DNA of 32,487 nt from an uncultured virus (IMG/VR IMGVR_UViG_3300010396_000044). Its lineage: Duplodnaviria > Heunggongvirae > Uroviricota > Caudoviricetes. Location of the stretch: the IMG/VR virus record IMGVR_UViG_3300010396_000044. One strand, written 5' to 3'. Made by a program: the position numbers and the translations under genes. The notes beneath the pieces were generated by a model, which saw nothing but the letters and a program-made list of their open reading frames with translations, ran no database searches and was not told the origin of the DNA. Positions 25,908 to 32,487 of the stretch are shown here, piece by piece; position 1 is the first letter of the stretch, and each line of letters starts with the position of its first letter.

Positions 25908-26071
25908 CGCGACCGCCTCCGTCCCGCGTGATGACGATCCACCGCGTCGTAATACGACTGGAGATCAGGACGATGCCGCGCCGCTTCGCTTTCCCAGCAG
26001 CGACAACTCCACTGCTTACTGGTGCCGCACTGCTCGCACTCGTAGGCGTCGCTAGGGTCCACGTGGCTCAT
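25904..26071 (-). CDS. Small Cys-rich protein, 55 aa
   Basis: CEQCG...CRC; ATGA coupling. Confidence 0.5.
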   Translation of the reverse strand: MSHVDPSDAYECEQCGTSKQWSCRCWESEAARHRPDLQSYYDAVDRHHAGRRRSR

Positions 26072-26172
26072 CGCGACCGCCCCGATTCCCGTTCCCGCTG
26101 CTCAACCCAGCGGTCCCATTTCTCTTGGCGTTCCCGACGGCGGGCGGCGTCATCGGCTGTTTGCTGGCTCAT
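26068..26172 (-). CDS. Small charged peptide, 34 aa
   Basis: ATGA coupling at both ends; GGAG RBS. Confidence 0.45.
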   Translation of the reverse strand: MSQQTADDAARRRERQEKWDRWVEQRERESGRSR

Positions 26173-26378
26173 GCCGCGGCTCCGATCGCCTCATCCACCG
26201 CGACCTGCACCCGCTGCTGAACCGACCCGCCGCAGTACAAGCACAGGCGGGCGATCTCATCGGAGTCGTCCACGCTGACCGTGGAACCGTGCGAGTGCTG
26301 CCGCTGCCACACCACGACGAACCACTCCGTGGTGTCCTGCCGGCAACGCTCACAGGGCAGAGTGATTGAGGCGCTCAT
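26169..26378 (-). CDS. Zn-ribbon protein
   Basis: CERC...CLYC. Confidence 0.65.
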   Translation of the reverse strand: MSASITLPCERCRQDTTEWFVVVWQRQHSHGSTVSVDDSDEIARLCLYCGGSVQQRVQVAVDEAIGAAA

Positions 26379-26725
26379 GACGCCACCCCCAGCGCCGGGG
26401 TGGACAGCAGCTTCGCCTTGTGGTGCAACTCCACCAACGCGGCCACCAACGGCAACAGATCACCAGCGGGCCACTCATGCTGCGCCTCAGGCCCCTCAAA
26501 CGCCGTGTTCGTCGAATCCACCAGGGTTTCGACCACCCCCGGCTCTGGGTCGCCGACGTAGATGGTTTGGGTGAGCCGGAAGGTGAGCAGCTCACCACCG
26601 ACCTGCACCACGGTCGGGGCGGAGCAGTGGGTGACACCAACATCATCGGAGATGCAATGCTCGGGCGAACACCACCCCGGGTGAGGGATAGACGCCGGGG
26701 GGGCTTCAAGGGTTAGAGTCGTCAT
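26375..26725 (-). CDS. DUF6907-like protein
   Basis: HPGWC...HC.....H.S motif; GAGG RBS. Confidence 0.6.
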   Translation of the reverse strand: MTTLTLEAPPASIPHPGWCSPEHCISDDVGVTHCSAPTVVQVGGELLTFRLTQTIYVGDPEPGVVETLVDSTNTAFEGPEAQHEWPAGDLLPLVAALVELHHKAKLLSTPALGVAS

Positions 26726-26812
26726 CGTTGATTTCCTCTCTGGGATCGACAGGCCCGGGTTGGCATCGTGAGTGCCGCCCGGGCACCTTCAGTGGTTTGG
26801 ATGTAGTTGGGG

Positions 26813-26995
26813 CTACTTATCGCGGTCACGCCGGCACCGATAGGTGGCTGGGGAAAGCTCCTGCTTCCAAACATCTCCGCCGTCATCGACCTCATATGCT
26901 GTGATCGTGCGTGAATCGTCGTCGCCGATCTCAACGGAAACGGTTCCGTGGCGGCCATCTTCCATGACGATCTGGCCTAGCCGCTTCTTGCTCAT
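26813..26995 (-). CDS. Small hypothetical protein
   Basis: GAAGG RBS before ATG 26995. Confidence 0.55.
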   Translation of the reverse strand: MSKKRLGQIVMEDGRHGTVSVEIGDDDSRTITAYEVDDGGDVWKQELSPATYRCRRDRDK

Positions 26996-27036
26996 ATTCT
27001 TTACCTTCTTCTCTGGGTCGGAGCTGTCTGAACTGC

Positions 27037-27243
27037 TTAGGACCAGCGCCCATGCGGGTACCTGGCCGCGTGGCGTGATTGCCGCCATGACACACCGTGC
27101 GCGATATGCACGGTCCAGCCGAGTTTGCTGTTCCACGTCGCCAAACCGAAATCCACCGACGTGGACGTGTAACCATGCTTTGACCAGTTAGTCCATACGA
27201 GACCGGGAATGACATACAGTCGCTCGCGCACGATAAGAGGCAT
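27037..27243 (-). CDS. DUF4236-like small protein
   Basis: R.R..VIPG.V..N.SK.G..S pattern; TGATG coupling. Confidence 0.5.
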   Translation of the reverse strand: MPLIVRERLYVIPGLVWTNWSKHGYTSTSVDFGLATWNSKLGWTVHIAHGVSWRQSRHAARYPHGRWS

Positions 27244-27407
27244 CACGCATCGCCCCGTTCGTGCCGCGCCGCCTCATCCAGATAGTTGTGGATTTTGGTT
27301 GCTTTCCACCGGGCGTGCTGACGGATCACTTCGTGATACCCGTCATCGTTCGCTACTTTCTGGAGGTGGCTCAGCTCATCACGCCACTGATCCACAATGT
27401 TGCTCAT
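27243..27407 (-). CDS. Small protein, 54 aa (absent from track)
   Basis: TGATG coupling at both ends. Confidence 0.55.
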   Translation of the reverse strand: MSNIVDQWRDELSHLQKVANDDGYHEVIRQHARWKATKIHNYLDEAARHERGDA

Positions 27408-27607
27408 CACGCCACTGCCTTATCGATAGCGGCCGGCCGTAGATAGGTGACCGCGGCAGCGTCGGCCCGTTGAGGCAGGCTGGCCGTGCGGCGTTCAACC
27501 ACCGTGGCGACCTGGCCGAGCAGCAAACCCATCCCGATCGCAGTCTGCGACAGCCCAAACAACAGCAACACCCACGGCGACATATGGTCAGACACGACGC
27601 GGTTCAT
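27407..27607 (-). CDS. Small membrane protein
   Basis: One TM; ATGA coupling. Confidence 0.55.
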   Translation of the reverse strand: MNRVVSDHMSPWVLLLFGLSQTAIGMGLLLGQVATVVERRTASLPQRADAAAVTYLRPAAIDKAVA

Positions 27608-27789
27608 GCCCGGTCCCTATTCGCGCGGTTAAACCTCACCCGGTTCACCAAGCCACGAGCCGTAACAGTCACGTCGCTGCCATGTTCACCGTCGCTCGCG
27701 TTCTTAGCGATGTCGTAAGCCTCACGCGGGTCATCAGTCGACCCGACCGCAACATCACATCCGCGGCAGTCAATCTTGTACCTCGCCAT
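27604..27789 (-). CDS. Small Zn-binding protein
   Basis: GAGGAG RBS; CRGC...H. Confidence 0.65.
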   Translation of the reverse strand: MARYKIDCRGCDVAVGSTDDPREAYDIAKNASDGEHGSDVTVTARGLVNRVRFNRANRDRA

Positions 27790-27795
27790 TACTCC

Positions 27796-27891
27796 TCAGT
27801 CCTTTTCGCTCTGCTCGACCATCGCATCCCATTCGATGCCGATGATGAGATCCTCGATGGGTGTATCGATCTGCCATTCATCCGTGGTCAT
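27796..27891 (-). CDS. Small acidic peptide, 31 aa
   Basis: AGGA RBS. Confidence 0.4.
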   Translation of the reverse strand: MTTDEWQIDTPIEDLIIGIEWDAMVEQSEKD

Positions 27892-27919
27892 GCGAGGTTC
27901 CTGTCGTTTATCATGTTGC

Positions 27920-28096
27920 TTACCACCGTGCCCTAGCTTCTGGCCCTGGCGGATAATCCCTGGCCGAACGGCGCCTCGCGCACCGTTCACAAATAGGCAT
28001 TGTGGGCAATGCGTCGCTAGGCCGTTGGTACGCGAAAGGCGCAGGGGCATTGCAATCCGCGCAGGTGTCGCCGAGGTCGGGAATACGTATCCTCAT
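27920..28096 (-). CDS. Small Zn-finger protein
   Basis: AGGAGG RBS; CADC...CERC. Confidence 0.65.
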   Translation of the reverse strand: MRIRIPDLGDTCADCNAPAPFAYQRPSDALPTMPICERCARRRSARDYPPGPEARARW

Positions 28097-28195
28097 TGCT
28101 GTGCTACCTCCTGAAAGTGCAGTTCGGGTTTGGGTGGGGGTCCGGGTCTCCCGCTCCAGACCCACCACGGTTCGGGCCCCCTTTCGTTGTGGTGG

Positions 28196-28462
28196 TCATG
28201 CCACCGCTCGGGCGCGGTAGCGGAACTTCAACAACTCCCGACGGTGACTAGCAGGCTGACCACCAACCACGCCGTGCTGCTCATCAACCGGAAAGGTCAA
28301 GGCATCAGCGACGCATTCGGCCCGCACCGGACACCCAGCGCAAATCGCGAGAGCACGCCGCTCCCACCCGTACAGTCGCTCGTCAGGCTTCGAGTCGACG
28401 GGACCGAAAAACAAATCGCCGTCCAGGCCCCGGCACTTCGCCGAGTCACGCCAATCGTTCAC
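28196..28462 (-). CDS. whiB: WhiB-family Fe-S transcription regulator
   Basis: W...AKC...LFF...AICAGCPVRAEC...GVVGG; GGAGG RBS. Confidence 0.92.
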   Translation of the reverse strand: MNDWRDSAKCRGLDGDLFFGPVDSKPDERLYGWERRALAICAGCPVRAECVADALTFPVDEQHGVVGGQPASHRRELLKFRYRARAVA

Positions 28463-28575
28463 TTCCGGTCACCGCCTCCCTGTTTTTGGGCGCACTAAAT
28501 ACGCCGCACGTGTCCCTCTCGGTGAATCGTTACCGGGCCCACTCGAAGCGGGATGTCTAACGCGGACCCTGTTGC

Positions 28576-28631
28576 CGTCTAGCCCCTATACGGTAGCATT
28601 CAGACGACGGCTCGTCTACCCCCTATACGGT
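28576..28631. promoter_or_regulatory. Paired 19-bp operator-like repeats CGTCTA(G/C)CCCCTATACGGT
   Basis: Copies at 28576-28594 and 28613-28631 with one mismatch; each is quasi-palindromic; lie between divergent whiB and HTH genes. Confidence 0.7.
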
Positions 28632-28697
28632 CCCGAACGAAGGCGAACCGGCCAGGGGGCTTTACAGGGAGGACTGAATGCGCCTTACAGTGCACAA

Positions 28698-29030
28698 GTG
28701 GCCCACACACATGATCTTCAACAAGTGATCGAGACAACCCTCGCTGAGGTCGACGCCGCCTACGTCCGGGCGCTAGCAGCGATCAACGCCGAACCAGCCG
28801 CGGGAGACGCTGCCAAGGCCGCACACGCCCTGGCAGCTCACCTACGCAAACTCGCCGACGCAAGTGCTCAACTCCGAACACGCCTCGCCGGTCGCATCAA
28901 GGAAGACGAGGGCTTATCCCTCGCCAAACTCGCCGACCGCATCGGCATGTCCAAGGCACGCGCGCAGCAGATCATCGACAGCATCGCAGCGCAAAAACTC
29001 AAAGAAGGAGGTTCGGACGATGTTCAGTGA
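28698..29030 (+). CDS. HTH transcriptional repressor, likely leaderless
   Basis: LSLAKLADRIGMSKARAQQI; TACAGT -10 at 28686-28691, 6 nt before GTG; TTTACA at 28661. Confidence 0.8.
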   Translation: MAHTHDLQQVIETTLAEVDAAYVRALAAINAEPAAGDAAKAAHALAAHLRKLADASAQLRTRLAGRIKEDEGLSLAKLADRIGMSKARAQQIIDSIAAQKLKEGGSDDVQ

Positions 29031-29529
29031 GCACATGGGTTTATCCGTTGAGGTGTGGCCCGTCGCCGCAGACGAGGTCGGTATCTGGCTACTGTCCGGG
29101 GACGACGCTTGGCGCTCACCCCGGATCCCCGCCGATAGCGAGCCCCATTTCGAAGTCGAACTCCTGCTCGCTGGGCACGAGATGCCCACGCCGGCGCTGC
29201 TGCACAGCACGAGCTGGCGACCTGACGGTCCTAACGTGGTCTTGACCTACGTCGCCGTGATCCCTGTAGTTGAGGTGGCCCGGGCGCAGTGGCCTTCCGC
29301 GCGACCGGTGACTGCGGGATTGCTTCCCGCAGTGGGGAACCCGCCGCCACACGGCCCAGCTGACGTGCCTGTGCCTCGGTACATCGACGTGCTGTTCCAC
29401 GGGCTGCGGCATCTGCGGTTCCTCACCGACACCGACGCCAGCGCCCGGACCGTGCTAACCGGGCATTGGGCGACATGGCTAGACGAGATGCAACCAGCGC
29501 TGGCCGGCATGTACGAAACCACGCCTTAA
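29020..29529 (+). CDS. Conserved actinobacterial protein, possibly a degenerate NUDIX fold
   Basis: AAGGAGG RBS; HSTSWR...VVLTYVAV...HGLRHL; no canonical Nudix box. Confidence 0.55.
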   Translation: MFSEHMGLSVEVWPVAADEVGIWLLSGDDAWRSPRIPADSEPHFEVELLLAGHEMPTPALLHSTSWRPDGPNVVLTYVAVIPVVEVARAQWPSARPVTAGLLPAVGNPPPHGPADVPVPRYIDVLFHGLRHLRFLTDTDASARTVLTGHWATWLDEMQPALAGMYETTP

Positions 29530-29562
29530 CCGGGTCATACCTCAACAGGGAAGGATTCGCTT

Positions 29563-29910
29563 GTGATCGCGTGGTGGTGGCTACTCGTCATGCTCGCCGT
29601 ACTAATCGCCGTCGCGGCTGTTCTGCACCGCGACGTGCGCGAAGCATTGAGCATCATCGCCTGCGCGGTCGCAGGCTTGGTACTGGCGCCGCTGGTGCTG
29701 CTCCTGGACCGCGTTCTGGGCTGTGGCGCGATCCCCATCAAAGCCCGCACAGTGGAAGCGTTCGCCCGGCAACGGTCCGCCGCAGGTGAACCCGCATGGC
29801 TGTTCTTCACCCGAGGACGCGGCGTGCTGCTCCTAAGGAAATGGGACCTCGGAAGTAACCGCGTCCGAGTCCAGGTCGGCGTAAGCCCAGAGTGGCGCCG
29901 CGACCGCTAA
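29563..29910 (+). CDS. Two-TM membrane protein
   Basis: Hydrophobic N-terminus; GAAGGA RBS. Confidence 0.65.
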   Translation: MIAWWWLLVMLAVLIAVAAVLHRDVREALSIIACAVAGLVLAPLVLLLDRVLGCGAIPIKARTVEAFARQRSAAGEPAWLFFTRGRGVLLLRKWDLGSNRVRVQVGVSPEWRRDR

Positions 29911-29950
29911 CCGGGCTACCCCGAGTGGGATGATGCCCTAACAAAGATCA

Positions 29951-29977
29951 AGGCCCGGGGCTGCTACTCCCGGGCCT
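29951..29977. terminator. Hairpin AGGCCCGGG-N9-CCCGGGCCT
   Basis: Perfect 9-bp stem after the operon end. Confidence 0.5.
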
Positions 29978-30117
29978 CAACCACAACTCAACACGTAGGA
30001 CGCGGACATTCTAACGTCCCAACCCTGACCAATCCATCTGAGAGTGTAACCCACTCTCGCTAGGGAGCGTTAGGAGCCTCCTCGTCCACCGTGTTCAACA
30101 AGACACGAAGGACTCAA

Positions 30118-31008
30118 GTGGCTAACCGCGCACGACAACCAGGCACCTACATCGAACTCGACGACGCCTGGAATGACCCCGGATGGACCCGGGTCCCCAA
30201 CGGCATCGCCCGCTGCACCACGATCAGCCGCCGTGTCAAAGGCTGGATCCTGGAAGTCGCCTCTCACGCGCCAGGGCGCAGGCTCACGGTCACCGAGATG
30301 TTGAAGTGCAGCACCGACGGCCGCGACGCCACCTACGCCACGATCAAGGAAGCAGTCGCCGCCGGGTTCGTCACACGACGCCAAGAACGCGGCGAACACG
30401 GGCGCATGGGGCCCGTCATCTACACCGTCCACGTCAAGCGGCAAAACCCCAGCTCACAGCCGCTTACGGATTTTCCGGATGCGGCTGAGCCGGATACGGC
30501 AAACCCGGAGTCCAAAAGACATAAGACTAGAACTGCAGAAGATAAAGATCTAAAACAAGACGCCGCCGCGGCGTCATCTCCTACGGAGACGGCGCTCGAA
30601 GATCAAAACAATGCGGGCTCTGCGAGCGCGCCATCACCGCGCTGCCGCGGCGACGAGCCGCCGCACCCACAAGATCCTCAACCCGAATCAGCACCCGAAC
30701 CCCAACCCGACATGTGGGACACCGGCAACTACCCCACCAGCCCCACCGAAGCCCTCCACAACCTCACCCCCGGACACCTCACCCAGTACGGCCGGTACGA
30801 GAAACTCGCCCGACACCTCGACCTCTACGACCGTTGGGTCCCCAATGGCCTCGAACCCAACGACTACAACGCCATCGAGGCCATGGTCGACCGGGGCGAG
30901 TACTGGAAGAAGATCCTCCGCTATCTGCTGAACGAGCGCGGCTACGGTAAGGACGAGATCACCCGCTACATCACACAAATCGTGACTTGCTTGAAGGCTG
31001 CCGCGTGA
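30118..31008 (+). CDS. Phage/plasmid replication initiator-like wHTH protein
   Basis: WTRVPN...IS...KG...S...DGRDA...E...GFV.R...R...G; P.D..P linker; AAGGA RBS before GTG 30118. Confidence 0.75.
   Translation: MANRARQPGTYIELDDAWNDPGWTRVPNGIARCTTISRRVKGWILEVASHAPGRRLTVTEMLKCSTDGRDATYATIKEAVAAGFVTRRQERGEHGRMGPVIYTVHVKRQNPSSQPLTDFPDAAEPDTANPESKRHKTRTAEDKDLKQDAAAASSPTETALEDQNNAGSASAPSPRCRGDEPPHPQDPQPESAPEPQPDMWDTGNYPTSPTEALHNLTPGHLTQYGRYEKLARHLDLYDRWVPNGLEPNDYNAIEAMVDRGEYWKKILRYLLNERGYGKDEITRYITQIVTCLKAAA
30460..30560. repeat. Candidate origin: iterons at 15-bp period plus A-rich tract inside the initiator gene
   Basis: CCGCTTACGG 30460, CCGGATGCGG 30475, CCGGATACGG 30490, partial CCGGA 30505; A-rich 30514-30560. 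Confidence 0.6.
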
Positions 31009-31147
31009 GCCGCCGGCTAGGTGGCGGCTCTCAGCATCTTCACATAAAACCAACAGTAAACACGCGCAACGAACTAACGCTGTCGACCGTTCATAAACCG
31101 ACAGTTACGCAAACTGTCCACGCCTTCACGGAACGGATGAACATCAG

Positions 31148-31732
31148 ATGAGTGGCGCCACTACCACATGGGCGATGTCCAGGTCAAACGCAGCATCAGT
31201 CGATCGCATGGCATTCATCGCGCTTAGCGAATGCAGCGGAAGCGGAGACGACTATTCGGGAATACTCCGTAGCTACCAAGCAGCAGCCGACTTCGCCGAC
31301 ACAGACTCGGAGGCAATCCGACAATCAGTCGCGAACATAGTTGCACTCGGCGAGATGGACATCATCGAACAAGACGACGGATCTATCCGTTGGATGATAC
31401 CGGCGCTCGTCCCAGTAGAGCACCCAGAACACGAAGAGGCACGATCGAAACCTAAGAAGTTAGCCCCCAGCGAAGTCGTCTATGTCATCGGTTCTACAGC
31501 GTCACCTCTTGTGAAGATCGGCAGATCGGTTGACGTCGATACGCGACTTCGATCGATCCAGAACATGTCCCCTGCTCCGTTGACCGTCTTATGGACTACT
31601 CGCGGAGGTCGCGAACTAGAAGCTCAACTCCACGCCGCCTTCGCGAAGTACCGAGTTCACGGTGAGTGGTTCAACTTCGGCACGAACGATCCCGTCAACC
31701 TCATCTCAGCCGAGGTCGCTAGCCGCGCATAG
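31148..31732 (+). CDS. T5orf172/MUG113-type GIY-YIG protein with N-terminal wHTH-like domain
   Basis: VYVIG...VKIGRS...RL..IQ...P...E..LH..F...RVHGEWF. Confidence 0.85.
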   Translation: MSGATTTWAMSRSNAASVDRMAFIALSECSGSGDDYSGILRSYQAAADFADTDSEAIRQSVANIVALGEMDIIEQDDGSIRWMIPALVPVEHPEHEEARSKPKKLAPSEVVYVIGSTASPLVKIGRSVDVDTRLRSIQNMSPAPLTVLWTTRGGRELEAQLHAAFAKYRVHGEWFNFGTNDPVNLISAEVASRA

Positions 31733-31804
31733 GCGCGCGGCGTGAGTGCTGGCTAGGCTTGTTCGGGCCCGCTCCCCCCTTCTGGCTGGTGAGTTTGGGT
31801 TCGC

Positions 31805-31845
31805 TGGCGGCGGGGCTGGCACGGCACTCCTCAGCCCCGCCGCCA
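31805..31845. terminator. Hairpin between convergent genes, 14-bp stem
   Basis: TGGCGGCGGGGCTG ... CAGCCCCGCCGCCA. Confidence 0.65.
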
Positions 31846-31849
31846 AGCC

Positions 31850-32023
31850 TCACGTTTCCGCGCGGTCGCGTGTCTGTTCCCAGCGGTCTAGGCCTTCTTC
31901 GATCAGGAGGTTGATGGCTGCGTTGAGGCTGTGGCGGGTGCGGTGGCGGTACTGGTCGAGGCGTGGCCGGAGTTCTGGGTCGATGCGGATTGTGGTGTTG
32001 GACGGGGTTGGTGGTTTCGGCAT
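31850..32023 (-). CDS. Arc/RHH DNA-binding protein, likely leaderless
   Basis: TTIRIDPELRPRL...SLNAAINLLIEEGL; TACGAT -10 six nt before ATG. Confidence 0.8.
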   Translation of the reverse strand: MPKPPTPSNTTIRIDPELRPRLDQYRHRTRHSLNAAINLLIEEGLDRWEQTRDRAET

Positions 32024-32131
32024 GGCGTCATCGTAGAGCCACGCCACACTGACGCCGATGTAACGCCGAAACGGCTCACAACGATGTACTGTGTGTAAGG
32101 CACAGGAACAAACCGGAAGGGAGGCGACACG

Positions 32132-32434
32132 GTGACCACCACCAGCAGCCGGGACTACAGGAACACGGCAGTCCAGACCGCACCAACCACAACAGAGGCC
32201 AGCGTTGTCGCCTCCCTCACCGACGCAGACCGGAAAGGAGGCGCAACGGTGAGCACCCGGATCCACTACAGGACCAAGCCCGAGCGTGACGACTACGGGC
32301 GGCGGGTGTGGCGCGTTGAGGCCACCCAAAACGGCAACTGCCGGGTCCTCACCCGCTGCTACTCCCTGTCGGACGCCTACCGGGCGATCCGGTGGCGCCG
32401 CACCCACCCACTCAGCGAGTGGATCGGCATCTAA
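32132..32434 (+). CDS. Hypothetical protein (alternative in-frame start at 32249)
   Basis: GGAGG RBS before both GTG 32132 and GTG 32249. Confidence 0.6.
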   Translation: MTTTSSRDYRNTAVQTAPTTTEASVVASLTDADRKGGATVSTRIHYRTKPERDDYGRRVWRVEATQNGNCRVLTRCYSLSDAYRAIRWRRTHPLSEWIGI

Positions 32435-32472
32435 CACCCCACTCCAACACTCCCAGAAAGGAGACCACCGTC

Positions 32473-32487
32473 ATGAGCGCCAGGACA
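32473..32487 (+). CDS. Start of a CDS truncated by the window end
   Basis: GAAAGGAG RBS followed by ATG. Confidence 0.5.

Larger units (their letters stand above)
1..32487. mobile_element. Part of an actinobacterial prophage / phage-plasmid / TraB-type conjugative element (boundaries not in window)
   Basis: Dense translationally coupled small genes with ATGA/GTGA overlaps; DnaB plus loader, two replication proteins, Cre-like recombinase, TraB-like FtsK ATPase; no core host genes. Confidence 0.9.

Noticed and set aside
24423..26278. Plus-strand ORFs of 60-190 aa across the microprotein array
   Set aside because: RBSs and stop/start coupling all support the minus-strand small genes instead
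32024..32437. Long N-terminal extension of the RHH ORF (195 aa in the track)
   Set aside because: Antisense to a plus-strand gene; the leaderless start at 32023 fits a 57-aa RHH protein
1..32487. tRNA, rRNA, IS transposase or virion structural genes
   Set aside because: None recognised by eye; a tRNA or covariance-model scan was not run, so small RNAs cannot be excluded

Overview
High-GC actinobacterial mobile-element DNA, probably from a filamentous or sporulating actinomycete (SsgA, WhiB and TraB-type genes). No host housekeeping genes, rRNA, tRNA or CRISPR array were seen. There are three blocks. (1) 1-14.8 kb, + strand: a phage-like early operon with a replication protein C-terminus, helicase loader, DnaB, C5-cytosine methyltransferase, SLOG, MazG-like, DUF4326, SsgA-like, ECF sigma fusion, DUF3850 and DUF1653. 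It ends in a Cre-like tyrosine recombinase preceded by a perfect 34-bp loxP-like site. (2) 14.7-28.5 kb, - strand: a conjugative-element-like block with WhiB, about 30 tiny genes, an M41-like protease, Spd-like membrane proteins, TraB/FtsK with downstream repeat clusters, a PH-domain protein and a truncated integrase. (3) 28.6-32.5 kb: a divergent HTH repressor with operators, a NUDIX-like gene, a second wHTH replication initiator with internal iterons, a T5orf172 nuclease and an RHH protein. The most striking features are a +1-frame gene overprinted inside the methyltransferase that encodes four tandem LL(P/A)TPxA modules, a candidate Cre/lox-type system, and the mix of phage replication with TraB conjugation. 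Family assignments come from motif recognition by eye; no searches were run.
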